Of a stretch of 64,000 nucleotides of DNA, positions 9,187-19,777 are shown one piece after another. The notes under the pieces were generated by a model. It made no database searches. It was given only the letters and a program-made list of their open reading frames with translations, and was not told the DNA's origin. Every line of letters starts with the position of its first letter. The first letter of the stretch is position 1. Made by a program: the position numbers and the translations under genes. Origin of the DNA: an uncultured Solibacteraceae bacterium (GTDB lineage Bacteria; Acidobacteriota; Vicinamibacteria; Vicinamibacterales; SCN-69-37); assembly GCA_964489685.1 (NCBI GenBank), contig CAZAZR010000004.1:2428-66427 (forward strand). The letters are read 5' to 3'.

Positions 9187-11874
9187 ATGCCGCGCCTCTT
9201 TTTGATTGACGGCAACTCGCAGATGTATCGCGCCTACCACGCGATCAGGAGCCTGACCGGGCCCGACGGCAAGTCCACGAACGCAATCTACGGCTTCGTG
9301 AACATGCTGCGCAAGCTCATTGCCGACCACCATCCCGACTACCTCGTGGCCTCATTTGACCTGCCGGGCCGCACCTTTCGCGACGACCTGCTGGCCGACT
9401 ACAAGGCCAACCGTACGCCCATGCCATCCGACCTCGTCGAACAGGTGCCGTTTGTGCATGACGCGTGTGAGGCGATGGGCGTTCCGAACCTGACCTCCGA
9501 AGGCTTCGAGGCTGACGACGTGATCGGGACGCTGGCAGTGAAGGCCCATGCGGCAGGCTTCGAAGTGGCCATCGTCACCGCCGACAAAGATTTCTTCCAA
9601 CTCGTGACCGATGGCCTGCGCATCTACAACCCGAAAGACGAGGGTACCTGGTACGACGCCGAGGGGGTGGTCGCGAAGTTTGGAGTACGGCCCGACCAGG
9701 TGGTGGACATCCTGGCGCTGATGGGCGACAGCGTGGACAACATCAAGGGCGTGCCGGGGATCGGGGAAAAGGGCGCGAAGGAATTGATTGGCACGCACGG
9801 CACGCTGGACGCCCTGCTCGAGGCGGCTGCCGGGCTGCCGCAGAAGCGCTATCGCGAAGCGTTGACACAACACGCCGGTGACGCGCGCGCCAGCCGGGTG
9901 CTGGCAACGATTCGGACGGACGTGCCGGTCGAGTTTGACGCTGAAGCGCTGCGGTATCGCGGCCCAGACACTGCACGGTGTTACGCACTGTTCTCGGCGC
10001 TGGGGTTCCGTACGATGACGGCTGACTATGCTCCGACGGCGGCCACATCCACACTCGACTACACGATTGTGCAGACGCCCGACGAACTCGACGCGATCGC
10101 TGCTGAGATTCGGGCGGCCGGTCACGTCTCGATCGGCGTGGTCGCCACCAGCGCGTCGTCGATACAGGCCACGCTTGTGGGACTGGCGCTGGCGACCGTC
10201 CCAGGCCGAGCACGGTACATCCCGCTGAATCACGTGGGGCTGACCGAAACACCCAACTTGCGCGCGGCAGACGTGGTTGCGCGGCTGGGCGCGACGTTCG
10301 CCGACACCACGATTGCGAAGATCGGGCACGACCTGAAGACCATTTCAGTCCTGTGTGCGCGCGTCGGGCTGCCGCTTGCGGGCTTGGACCTGGACACGAT
10401 GGTGGCCAGCTATCTGGTGGACGCCACGGGGTCCAGCCACAGCATCGAGGAACTGGCCCTTGCGCGCACCGGGTACCGCGCCGTCACGTCTCAAGACGTG
10501 ACAGGGCGTGGCGCGAAGAGCGTGACCGAGGACGCCGTGCCTGCCGCCGCCGTACTGAACTTCGCTGGCGAACGCGCGGATCTGCCCCTGCGGATGGCCG
10601 ACGGCCTGCGCGACGACTTGAAGAAGTCCGCGCTCGACGGGATCTATCGCGACATGGAGCGGCCGCTCATTCCGATCCTGGCCGACATCGAACGCGCCGG
10701 CGTCAGGCTCGACGTGGCTGCGCTGGCGCGGCTGTCGGCGTCGATGCAGACGGAACTCGATACCCTGAGCGCGCGCATCTTCGAGCTGGCCGGCATGGAG
10801 TTCAACATCAACTCCCCGAAGCAACTGGGCGAAGTGCTCTTTGATCGCCTGCAACTGCCATCGTCGAAGAAGACCGGCAAGACAAAGACCATGTCGACGG
10901 CGGTTGACGTGCTTGAGGAGTTGGCGCAGACGCACGAGCTGCCGGGACTGGTGCTCAAGTGGCGGAGCGTGCAGAAGCTCAAAGGCGGGTACGTGGATGC
11001 GCTGCCGCAAATGGTGAACGCGGTGACGGGCCGGGTGCACACCACGTTTAATCAGGCGGTGGCGGCCACGGGCCGACTCAGCAGCAGCGACCCAGGGCTG
11101 CAGAATATTCCTGTGCGAACCGCAGCCGGCCGCGAGATTCGCGCGGCGTTTGTGGCGGAGCCTGGATTCGAGCTGATTTCAGCCGACTACTCCCAGATTG
11201 AACTGCGCGTGCTCGCCCATCTGTCAGGCGACGCCGCCCTGGTGCAGGCCTTCAAAGACGACGAGGACATTCACGACCGAACGGCCGAGCGTGTGTTCGG
11301 GCAGAACAGCGGACTCGATCCACACGAACTGCGACGCCGCGCGAAGATCATCAACTACGCGCTGCTCTATGGCAAGACGGCGTTCACGCTGGCGAAGGAC
11401 ATCGGCGTGCCGCAACAGGCCGCGCAGGAGTTCATCGACGCATACTTCGCGGGTTTCCCCGGAGTGCGCGCGTACATCGACAAGACGCTGGAGGACGCAC
11501 GCGTCTCTGGGGTCGTGCGCACCATCTCTGGCCGCCAGCGGCTGATGCCGGAGTTGACGAGCCGCAACGGCCAGATTCGCGCCGCGGCCGAACGTGAAAC
11601 GGTGAACATGCCCATCCAGGGCACCGCCGCCGACATCCTCAAGCAGGCGATGATCGACGTGGCCGCCGCGCTCATTCAGCACAACTCATCCGCCGCGCTC
11701 CCGAGCCGCATGATCCTGACGGTGCACGACGAACTGTTGTTCGAAGCGCCCGTCAGTGACGTGCCGGCGATCACAGACCTGGTGCGCGAAACGATGCAGA
11801 ACGCCTTTCCCCTGTCGGTGCCGCTGACTGTGGACGTGGGATCGGGCCCGAATTGGAATGCGGCAAAACCTTAG
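9187..11874 (+). CDS. polA: DNA polymerase I
   Basis: Start at the internal ATG (MPRLFLIDGNSQMYRAYHA, the 5'-nuclease N-terminus). Contains a 3'-5' exonuclease-like region and the Pol A motifs DYSQIELRVLAH, RRRAKIINYALLYG and QVHDELLFE-like (TVHDELLFEAP). Confidence 0.97.
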   Translation: MPRLFLIDGNSQMYRAYHAIRSLTGPDGKSTNAIYGFVNMLRKLIADHHPDYLVASFDLPGRTFRDDLLADYKANRTPMPSDLVEQVPFVHDACEAMGVPNLTSEGFEADDVIGTLAVKAHAAGFEVAIVTADKDFFQLVTDGLRIYNPKDEGTWYDAEGVVAKFGVRPDQVVDILALMGDSVDNIKGVPGIGEKGAKELIGTHGTLDALLEAAAGLPQKRYREALTQHAGDARASRVLATIRTDVPVEFDAEALRYRGPDTARCYALFSALGFRTMTADYAPTAATSTLDYTIVQTPDELDAIAAEIRAAGHVSIGVVATSASSIQATLVGLALATVPGRARYIPLNHVGLTETPNLRAADVVARLGATFADTTIAKIGHDLKTISVLCARVGLPLAGLDLDTMVASYLVDATGSSHSIEELALARTGYRAVTSQDVTGRGAKSVTEDAVPAAAVLNFAGERADLPLRMADGLRDDLKKSALDGIYRDMERPLIPILADIERAGVRLDVAALARLSASMQTELDTLSARIFELAGMEFNINSPKQLGEVLFDRLQLPSSKKTGKTKTMSTAVDVLEELAQTHELPGLVLKWRSVQKLKGGYVDALPQMVNAVTGRVHTTFNQAVAATGRLSSSDPGLQNIPVRTAAGREIRAAFVAEPGFELISADYSQIELRVLAHLSGDAALVQAFKDDEDIHDRTAERVFGQNSGLDPHELRRRAKIINYALLYGKTAFTLAKDIGVPQQAAQEFIDAYFAGFPGVRAYIDKTLEDARVSGVVRTISGRQRLMPELTSRNGQIRAAAERETVNMPIQGTAADILKQAMIDVAAALIQHNSSAALPSRMILTVHDELLFEAPVSDVPAITDLVRETMQNAFPLSVPLTVDVGSGPNWNAAKP

Positions 11875-12007
11875 GAATTTCGGGATTTGCTGAGGGCCAC
11901 CGGTTATTTGTTTGTGGTCATAACTAGCTGAATATAAAGAACTTATATCGCACTTAGGCCGCTGGTCGCCCGGAAAGACTCTGGGGTGGCCCGTATAATT
12001 CCAACTC

Positions 12008-13312
12008 GTGGTTGAGCCCGTCATCATTTCCCGCGCCGAGCACACGATTTCGCGGCGCGACATTGATCCCGACGCGCTCAAGGTGCTCTATCGCCTCCAG
12101 CAAAGTCACTTCGACGCCTACCTTGTGGGCGGCGGCGTGCGCGACCTGCTGCTGGGCCGGCGGCCGAAAGACTTCGACATCGCCACCAACGCGCATCCGT
12201 ACCAGATCAAGAAGCTGTTCAGGAACTGCTGGATCATCGGACGCCGGTTCCGCCTGGCGCACGTGAAGTTCGGGCAGAAGACGATTGAAGTGGCCACGTT
12301 CCGGCGCAACGTGCCCGACCCGCTGCCCGATGAGGCCACTGAGGTTGACGACCCGCCGGTGGTGGTGGCGTCGTCACCCGAAGCCCCCGGACGCGATGAC
12401 CAGGACGGGATCATCCGTCGCGACAACACGTTTGGCACGCCCGAAGAGGACGCGTTCCGGCGCGATTTCACAGTCAACGCGCTGGTCTACGACATCGCGA
12501 CGTATTCGATCATTGATTACGTTGGCGGCCTTGGAGACCTCGAGCGGAGGGTCATTCGATCGATAGGCAATCCGATGGTGCGCTTTGTTGAGGACCCGGT
12601 GCGCATGCTGCGCGCGGCGGTATTCAGCTCGCGGCTCGGATTCACACTCGACGAGCTGGTGCTCAAGGCCATCGCCACCCTCAAGCCGCTCATCGGCAAG
12701 GCCGCGGCGCCCCGACTGCTTGAGGAGTACTACAAGATTCTGCGCTCGGGATACGCCGAGGCCAGTTTTCGCACGCTCGACAATCTCGGGTTGCTTGAGT
12801 TGATGACACCCGAGTTGCGGAATCCGTCAGACGATGTGTGGGACTCGCTGGCGCGTCTGGATGCCTACCGGCGCCGCTTCGATGCGCCGCCACCGGAACT
12901 GACCAACGCGATTCTGGTGGGCGCGCTGCTGGTACCGGCCGGGCTCATGAGCCGCAAGGCGCCCGGGGCCACCGACACCCGTGTCAACTTCGGCATGTTG
13001 CCGATCGCACGTCGCGACATCGATCGGCTGGGGCAAATTGTGAGCCTGGTGCCGCGCATGCTGGACCCGGAGCCTTCGGCGCGGCTGACGCGCAGTCTTC
13101 CCGGGCGTCCCGCGTTCCGTGATGCGCTGCTCTGGCTCGAGATCTTCACCGATGCGCCCGACGAGCTCGCGGCGTGGATGGCGCTACGAAGCGTCGCGTC
13201 GGCGCCTGGTCCCGAGAGCGACGACGCGGCCGGGCCCGGTACCGGACGCCGCAAGCGCCGCCGTCGTGGACGCCGGCGTGGCGGTCGGGGAACGTCGGCG
13301 AAGACGGAGTAG
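12008..13312 (+). CDS. pcnB: Poly(A) polymerase I family (PcnB-like tRNA nucleotidyltransferase superfamily)
   Basis: GTG start. Contains GGGVRDLLLGRRPKDFDIATNAHP, RFRLAHV and EVATFR motifs, with a very basic C-terminal tail. Confidence 0.8.
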   Translation: MVEPVIISRAEHTISRRDIDPDALKVLYRLQQSHFDAYLVGGGVRDLLLGRRPKDFDIATNAHPYQIKKLFRNCWIIGRRFRLAHVKFGQKTIEVATFRRNVPDPLPDEATEVDDPPVVVASSPEAPGRDDQDGIIRRDNTFGTPEEDAFRRDFTVNALVYDIATYSIIDYVGGLGDLERRVIRSIGNPMVRFVEDPVRMLRAAVFSSRLGFTLDELVLKAIATLKPLIGKAAAPRLLEEYYKILRSGYAEASFRTLDNLGLLELMTPELRNPSDDVWDSLARLDAYRRRFDAPPPELTNAILVGALLVPAGLMSRKAPGATDTRVNFGMLPIARRDIDRLGQIVSLVPRMLDPEPSARLTRSLPGRPAFRDALLWLEIFTDAPDELAAWMALRSVASAPGPESDDAAGPGTGRRKRRRRGRRRGGRGTSAKTE

Positions 13313-13346
13313 CGCAGTCGGCTCGAGGGGCGAGTCAAAAGCCCGC

Positions 13347-14030
13347 TCACAAGGTCCCTGGCGCCAAGCCGGGCACGTCATGCATGACCTTCAGGTACAC
13401 AGCGCTATGCCAAGCCCACACCCAGGATACAGCGGCGTAGAACGCAAGAATGGTCGCTGGTGACGAGGAGCCCGACGCAATCGCTGCAAAGCTGACCAGA
13501 AAGCCGAGTCCGGTGATCAGCGAATAAACGCTCCACGGCGTCTGCTTCAGACTTTTGAAGCGACGGGCAAATACGAAGGACGCCCCAATGAGGGCGTAGA
13601 AGCCGAGTCCACCGAAGACGAAGTGCAGAAGTCCGCTACGGCTCATGCCAGTCGACTCCAGTGCTGCACCGGGCGGGAAGCCCAACCCGGGATCAGCGAC
13701 GAACACGCCGGCGCCGATCAGACCGACCCCGTACCCACCGAGCAGGAGGGGCGCCCACGTTCCGCCTCGGCTCCCTCTCAGCACCGTGCGGAGACCCAGT
13801 GCGCCGGCGATGACCAGGAAGCCACTCGCCAGGAAATTGAGAATCTGAATCCAACCAAGGTCGCCGTTGCTCAGCAAGCTCAGGGCATGACGCCGCGCGT
13901 CGAAGCCTTCCCGCGTCAAGACTTGGGCGAAGCCGATGATGACGTAGAAGGGCCCTGCCGCGACACCACAACGAAGAAGGTTTCGCGTAAGTCGATTGGC
14001 TGCGCTCGTTGTTGATGCGTTGTCCTGCAT
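13347..14030 (-). CDS. Polytopic membrane protein (DUF998-like)
   Basis: Start trimmed to MQDNAST (14030). About 6 hydrophobic helices. The family assignment is tentative. Confidence 0.45.
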   Translation of the reverse strand: MQDNASTTSAANRLTRNLLRCGVAAGPFYVIIGFAQVLTREGFDARRHALSLLSNGDLGWIQILNFLASGFLVIAGALGLRTVLRGSRGGTWAPLLLGGYGVGLIGAGVFVADPGLGFPPGAALESTGMSRSGLLHFVFGGLGFYALIGASFVFARRFKSLKQTPWSVYSLITGLGFLVSFAAIASGSSSPATILAFYAAVSWVWAWHSAVYLKVMHDVPGLAPGTL

Positions 14031-14142
14031 TCTTCCCTCGCTGTGTTCGCTGCGGCTAACCCTACCGGGCTGCAGTTGACGTGGGTCGTGAGCCCGCCAG
14101 GGCAGTTGCGGCACGGGCTAAAGACCGGAGTGTTTCGAGCAA

Positions 14143-16110
14143 CTACCGACGTCCGCCAACGATCCAGATCGCACTCACGCGGGCCGCGCGGCTCGGCGCA
14201 AGTGTCACAAGCGGCGTCCGTCCCACTTCCACGCGCGCGTCGAGCAGGTTCTCGACGACCAACGCGAACTCAAGGTGTCGCACCTGCGCCGACACCCGCA
14301 TGTCCACCTGAGTGGCAGCGGCGAGCTTGAACACATTCCGGTCGTCGTCAAACTGCGCGCCTACTGAACGAATGACCACACCCACACGGCCCCGGCCGGG
14401 GTGCTCCGCATCCACAGACAAGGTGCCGCTGATTGTCGGCACCTGCGGCAACTGATTGCCATCGAGCGCGGGTTCCGCAGACTGCCGGAACGTCGCGTCG
14501 GTCGCCGAGAGGGAAGCCCGCACCTGCACCCACGCCCACGGGCGCACGTCCGCGTCGGCCTCAAGGCCTCTCACGTGCGCCTCACCCGCGTTGCGCCGTT
14601 CACGCACGATTCCAGTTACCGACGGCAACGTGACATTGGCGATGGCGTCCTCAACCGTCGTGTAGAACGCCGCCACGCCGAACGTTGCACGCGACCGGCT
14701 GACCGTCAGTCCGGCATCGAGCGCCCGGGCGCGCTCGGGCTTCAGGTTGGCGTTCGGCAGCGTGTTCGTGCTGCCGACTCTGAAGCCCCGCACCAGCTCA
14801 TTGAGCGTCGGCCACCGATGACTCGTCGCGGCCGTCGCGCGCGCCACCATGGAAGGGTTGATCCTCCAGGCCGCCGTCAGCCGGCCAACCAGAGCGGTGT
14901 CGCGCTCGTCACCCGGTGTGGGGGCAGCGCGCCACTCGTGCCGCACACCGGCACCAAGCGTCAGTTCCGCGCGAGGCGACACGCCCACCTGGGCCGAGAG
15001 CGACTCGCTGTCGTCACGCACGTCCATCGTGGTGGTCGCGGTGGGGCGGACTTCATCAAAATCGGCGGTCGCGCGCGTCGCCGCGCCGCGCAGCATCAGG
15101 AACCCCTTCGGAATCGACCGCCCGTACTCCACCACCGCCCGTGTTGTGGTGACGTCAATGAACTGCGTTGACGTCAGCGCCTCGGACGCTCGTCCAGTGG
15201 CCACGGCGGAAAACGTCTGCTCAAGGCTGTTCGGACTGACGGCCACGCGCGCGGCCCATGTGCTGCCGGTTCCCACTGACTGCACGGCTGCCGCCACCGT
15301 GCTGCCGCTGTTGCGGTTGTACTGGAGCGCCGTGCCGTTGCCGCGGCGGTCGCGGCCGCTGATGCCGGTCACCGTCCAACGACGCGGACCATCGGTCACG
15401 TCGGCCCGGCCAAACGCGTTCCACCAGTGTGCCGACGCCGGTCGGTCCACCGCGCCTCGCGACGCTTCCTCGAGCGGAATCTCGCCGGCCGTGTCCACCC
15501 ACGACGCCGCCATCCACAATCCGGCGCGGCCCTTTGTGACGCCACCCGACACATCGCCAGTCCACGTCTCGCGGCTGCCGCCGCCAAAGCTCACCATCGG
15601 GCCCTCGCGCCTCGGCTCGGTCGAGCGCAGCCGAATGACGCCACCCAACGCGTCCGACCCGAACAGGTCGCCGGCCGCACCTGGAATCACCTCCACACCC
15701 TCAAGCGCGCCTGAAGGCACACGCGTCCAGGTCACCCAGCCCCCGAATCCGTCGTTAAGCGGCATGCCATCGAGCACCACCACGCCACGGCTGGCGCCAG
15801 ACGCCGACAAGCCGCGCATCGTCACGCCATGGGTTGTCGGGTTCGCCGTTCGGGAAGACGACCGTCGAAACAGCGAGAGGCCCGCAACGACGCGCAATGC
15901 TTCGTCGGTGGTGAGGGCCGGCGCCCCGTCCAGGAATTTCCGCGGGAATGCCAGGGCGCCAGTGGCCGGATCGCGCTTCGCCGCATCACCCAAAACCAGA
16001 ACCGATGCGGAAACGGCGGGAGGCGTCTGCGGTGGCTGAGTGGCCTGGGCCGGTGGCGCCGCGGCCTGCGCCGTCTGCATCAGCAGCAGGGCCAGGAGCG
16101 CAACACTCAT
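14143..16110 (-). CDS. TonB-dependent outer-membrane receptor
   Basis: Signal peptide and a plug-domain region (GVTMRGLSASGASRGVVVLDGMPLNDGFGGWVTW), followed by a long beta-barrel-like alternating sequence. Confidence 0.75.
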   Translation of the reverse strand: MSVALLALLLMQTAQAAAPPAQATQPPQTPPAVSASVLVLGDAAKRDPATGALAFPRKFLDGAPALTTDEALRVVAGLSLFRRSSSRTANPTTHGVTMRGLSASGASRGVVVLDGMPLNDGFGGWVTWTRVPSGALEGVEVIPGAAGDLFGSDALGGVIRLRSTEPRREGPMVSFGGGSRETWTGDVSGGVTKGRAGLWMAASWVDTAGEIPLEEASRGAVDRPASAHWWNAFGRADVTDGPRRWTVTGISGRDRRGNGTALQYNRNSGSTVAAAVQSVGTGSTWAARVAVSPNSLEQTFSAVATGRASEALTSTQFIDVTTTRAVVEYGRSIPKGFLMLRGAATRATADFDEVRPTATTTMDVRDDSESLSAQVGVSPRAELTLGAGVRHEWRAAPTPGDERDTALVGRLTAAWRINPSMVARATAATSHRWPTLNELVRGFRVGSTNTLPNANLKPERARALDAGLTVSRSRATFGVAAFYTTVEDAIANVTLPSVTGIVRERRNAGEAHVRGLEADADVRPWAWVQVRASLSATDATFRQSAEPALDGNQLPQVPTISGTLSVDAEHPGRGRVGVVIRSVGAQFDDDRNVFKLAAATQVDMRVSAQVRHLEFALVVENLLDARVEVGRTPLVTLAPSRAARVSAIWIVGGRR

Positions 16111-17195
16111 CCATTCCTCCGTTCAAATTCCTGCATGAACTGGACGAGAGCGGTGATGCCTTCTTCGGGGAACGCATTGTAGACCGAGGCCCGCAGACCA
16201 CCAACGGATCGATGGCCCTTCAATCCGTCGAGCCCGGCCGCCGTGGCCTCGTTGGCAAACTGCTGCTCAAGCGCCTCGGACGCCAATCTGAACGTCACGT
16301 TCATGCGCGACCGCGCGTCCACATGCGCGTGGGGCTTCCAGAACGCCGTGCGATCGAGTTCCGCATACAGCGCTGCAGCCTTGCGCTCATTGATCGTCTC
16401 GATCGCCGCCACACCACCAAGCCCCTTGAGCCACGAGAGCACCAAACGCAGGATGTAGATCCCAAACGCCGGCGGCGTGTTGTAGCGCGACCCATTCTCG
16501 GCCTGCACGCGGTAGTTCAGCATCGTCGGCAGAACGTCCGCGGATCGCGCCAGCAGATCCTTGCGGATGATGACCACCGTGACGCCTGAAGGCCCCAGGT
16601 TCTTCTGTGCGCCCGCGTAGATGAGACCATACTTCGAGACGTCAATCGGCCGCGACAGGATGTCGGAAGACATGTCGCTCACGAGCGGCACGCCATTCAC
16701 CTCTGGGAGGTGATGCCACTGCGTGCCGTGAATCGTGTTGTTCGACGTCATGTGGACGTACGCCGAACCCGGCGTGAGCCGCAGTTCGGATTGCGCGGGA
16801 ATTCGAGCGAAGTTACCTTCTTCGGTGGAAGCCGCGACCGTTGTGGCGCCCACCTTCTTCGCTTCCTTCAGCGCCTTCTTGCCCCAGTCGCCGGTGACGA
16901 TGTAGTCGGCGGTGGTGCCTGGCGTCAGCAGGTTCATGGGGACCATTGAGAACTGCAGGCTGGCACCGCCCTGAAGAAACAGAATCTCGTGGTCGTCCGA
17001 CACTCCTGCAATCGCGCGCAGGTCCGACAGGGCGCCGTGCAGGATCTCGTCGAACGGCTTCGAGCGGTGGCTGATCTCCAGCACCGACATGCCGACGCCG
17101 GGCAACGCCACGAGGTCGCGCTGGGCTTCTTCGAGTACTGGAAGCGGTAGCACTGCGGGGCCGGATGAAAAATTAAAGACGCGATGAATGCTCAT
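16107..17195 (-). CDS. serC: 3-phosphoserine/phosphohydroxythreonine aminotransferase
   Basis: 362 aa. N-terminal FNFSSGPAVLP, with PLP-aminotransferase class V features throughout. Confidence 0.92.
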   Translation of the reverse strand: MSIHRVFNFSSGPAVLPLPVLEEAQRDLVALPGVGMSVLEISHRSKPFDEILHGALSDLRAIAGVSDDHEILFLQGGASLQFSMVPMNLLTPGTTADYIVTGDWGKKALKEAKKVGATTVAASTEEGNFARIPAQSELRLTPGSAYVHMTSNNTIHGTQWHHLPEVNGVPLVSDMSSDILSRPIDVSKYGLIYAGAQKNLGPSGVTVVIIRKDLLARSADVLPTMLNYRVQAENGSRYNTPPAFGIYILRLVLSWLKGLGGVAAIETINERKAAALYAELDRTAFWKPHAHVDARSRMNVTFRLASEALEQQFANEATAAGLDGLKGHRSVGGLRASVYNAFPEEGITALVQFMQEFERRNG

Positions 17196-18409
17196 ATCTG
17201 GTGCACCAGCAGGCCGTCCCTCAGCTTGGGTTCAAACCACGTGGACTTGGGCGGCATGATGCCGCCCGCGTCGGAAATCGCCAGGAGATCGCCCACCGTC
17301 ACAGGGAACAGTGCGAACGCGACGCCGGCCTGGCCCGATGTGACCATGGCTTCGAGCGTGGCCGGTCCGCGGGCGCCTCCCACGAAATCGATACGTTTGT
17401 CAGTGCGGGGGTCGCCGATGCCCAGCACCGGCCCGAGTATCTCGCGCTGCAACACTGACACGTCCAGCGCATCTGCCCTGGCGGTGCCGGCCGGTGATTC
17501 CGGAAGGTGAATCGAAAACCACCGGCCGTCAATGAACATCGAAACGTGGCCTGGCTGGGTCGGTTCCGCCGAACCGGCGGTCACCGCGAACCGTGAATGC
17601 AGCGCGTCAAGCAGCGAGGCCGGCGTGTGGCCATTGAGGTCCTTCACCACGCGGTGATACGGCAGGATCTGAAGCTGCGAGTCTGGAAACGCGACGCCGA
17701 CAAACACATCCGCCTCAGGCGTCGGCACGCCCCGCTCGCGCATCGCGGCGCGTGCACGAGCCGCGCTCGCGGCGCGATGATGCCCGTCGGCGATGTACAG
17801 CTCGGGGATCGCGACAAACGCGTCCACGAGCACCCCGACGTCGGACGACGAGACTGGCCACACGGTGTGGCGGATGTCATCGGCTGCGGTGAAGTCGTAG
17901 AGGGGCACGCCGGTGCAGGCACACGCAGCAATGGCATCCACCGCCGCCGACGCGCGATACGTGAGAAAGACCACGCCGGTCTGCGCCCCGACCTCGATGA
18001 TGTGCCGGGTCCGATCGTCTTCCTTGTCGGGCCGCGTCTTTTCGTGTTTCTTGACCAGGTCGCGTTCATATTCGTCCACCGAGAAACACCCGGCCAGCCC
18101 AGTTTGCACGTGTGCGCCCATCTGCTGCCGGTAAAAATACAGCGTGGGCTCCACGTCCACCACAAGCGGTGCCGCGCGGCACAGGTCACGCAGGTTGGCC
18201 GCCGCACGGGCATACACCGCGTCGTCATAAGGCGACACGGTGTCGGGCAGATCGATTTCGGAACGGGTCACGCGAAGGAAACTGAGCGGTTCGCCTGCCG
18301 CCATGGCGCGCGCTTCAGCGGTGTTCACCACGTCGTATGGGACGGACGCGACGCGGGACGCAACCGGAGGCGCCGGGCGCAGTGCCCGGAATGGGGTGAG
18401 CTGAGCCAT
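17192..18409 (-). CDS. DUF1015 domain-containing protein
   Basis: N-terminal 'LTPFRALRP...SVPYDVV' is the typical DUF1015 opening. Overlaps serC by 4 nt. Confidence 0.8.
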   Translation of the reverse strand: MAQLTPFRALRPAPPVASRVASVPYDVVNTAEARAMAAGEPLSFLRVTRSEIDLPDTVSPYDDAVYARAAANLRDLCRAAPLVVDVEPTLYFYRQQMGAHVQTGLAGCFSVDEYERDLVKKHEKTRPDKEDDRTRHIIEVGAQTGVVFLTYRASAAVDAIAACACTGVPLYDFTAADDIRHTVWPVSSSDVGVLVDAFVAIPELYIADGHHRAASAARARAAMRERGVPTPEADVFVGVAFPDSQLQILPYHRVVKDLNGHTPASLLDALHSRFAVTAGSAEPTQPGHVSMFIDGRWFSIHLPESPAGTARADALDVSVLQREILGPVLGIGDPRTDKRIDFVGGARGPATLEAMVTSGQAGVAFALFPVTVGDLLAISDAGGIMPPKSTWFEPKLRDGLLVHQI

Positions 18410-18414
18410 GGCGG

Positions 18415-19674
18415 CTACTGACCTCGCGACGTCGGCGTGACGTCAGAGGCAAGGAGGGTGGTGCGGAGCGTGCCGAGCAAGCGATCACGCTCGGTCGTGA
18501 ACTGCGGCATCGCGCCGGCCGGAATCGGCACGCCAGGAGGCATGTTGCGGTGCTCGGCGACCGGATTGACGTGTGTGCCGTTCTTGATCAGTTCGTAGTG
18601 CAGATGCGTGGCCGTCACCGTACCGCTGTTGCCGACACGGCCAATCGTGCGGCCCTGATCGACGCGCGCACCTGGACTGATGCCGGCCGAGATCGTAGAC
18701 AGGTGGAAGTAGTTGCTGACGTAGCCGCTCGCATGACGAATGGAGACGCGGCGACCGGCGCCACCGGCCCAGCCGGCCGCGATCACCGTACCGGCCGACA
18801 CCGCCACCACCGGAGTGCCATACCCCGCGCTGTAGTCCACGCCTCGGTGCGCGCGGTAGGTGTTGAGCACGGGGTGCAGGCGGCGATAGGAAAAACTCGA
18901 CGTGACGCGCGGCTCGAAGCCGAGCGGCGACTTGAGGAACTGGCGCCGGAGCGACCGCCCTTGCGCGTCGTACCACGCCTGGCGGCCATCGGGTCCAAGA
19001 TGCCTGATCGCGGTCAGCACGCGGCCGTCGTTGTTGAGTGTGGCGGCCGAGACTTCTTCGTACCCGGTGAACTTGCCGTCGCGCAGGACCCGGCCGAAGA
19101 GCACTTCAAAGCGGTCGCCGGGCTGCAGGTCGGAGTTGAAGTCCACGTCGCCCGAAAACGCATCCGCCAGGAGCAAGGCGAGTTGGATGTTCTCTCCGCG
19201 ATCTTCGAGCGCGGCCCACAAGGACGGGCGCTCTTTGGTGATCTCTACGGTGACGGCGTCGATGATGACCTCTTTCGGATAGGCCACCACTTCCACATCG
19301 AACTGCGGCGCGGCCAGCGAACTGCCCACCTTCAGGGCCACCCGCAGGAACCGGTCGGCGTCCATCGTGTAACGGAACTCCCGGAAGAGACCGTCGAGCG
19401 AGGTCACGAGGTGGTAGGGCTGGTTGGCCTTGAGCCGTCGGGGGTCAAACTGCGACCGCACAGCGCCGACAATGGAATCGGCAAGATCGCTGGACGCCTG
19501 GTGGCTCCTGAGTACGCCCTGCAGCGTGGCATTGCGAGGCACCGTGGCCTCAATGATGTCCACGTCGCGGGCCAGCACCACGTCCTGGCGTCCGGATGGA
19601 TCCGCGCCGCCACGGCCGCAGGAGGCAGCCAGCGACGCGTAAACCAATATGGGCAGCAGCCACCCTGCTTTCAT
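18415..19674 (-). CDS. M23 family metallopeptidase (LytM-like), exported
   Basis: Signal/lipobox-like N-terminus. C-terminal HRGVDYSAGYGTPVVAVSAGTV ... THLHYEL zinc-binding motifs. Confidence 0.85.
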   Translation of the reverse strand: MKAGWLLPILVYASLAASCGRGGADPSGRQDVVLARDVDIIEATVPRNATLQGVLRSHQASSDLADSIVGAVRSQFDPRRLKANQPYHLVTSLDGLFREFRYTMDADRFLRVALKVGSSLAAPQFDVEVVAYPKEVIIDAVTVEITKERPSLWAALEDRGENIQLALLLADAFSGDVDFNSDLQPGDRFEVLFGRVLRDGKFTGYEEVSAATLNNDGRVLTAIRHLGPDGRQAWYDAQGRSLRRQFLKSPLGFEPRVTSSFSYRRLHPVLNTYRAHRGVDYSAGYGTPVVAVSAGTVIAAGWAGGAGRRVSIRHASGYVSNYFHLSTISAGISPGARVDQGRTIGRVGNSGTVTATHLHYELIKNGTHVNPVAEHRNMPPGVPIPAGAMPQFTTERDRLLGTLRTTLLASDVTPTSRGQ

Positions 19675-19777
19675 CGCTGATTACCTTACCATCCCCCGGT
19701 GCCCGATCCGTAGCGCGAAAAGCCCGGCGGACCGTATCATTGGACCGGATCCGGACGCCCCGAAAGGACATCACATC

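Noticed and set aside
14053-14070. gcggctaaccctaccggg, which resembles one arm of the 63770 palindrome.
   Set aside because: Only about 12 of 20 positions match and there is no inverted partner, so this is probably chance.
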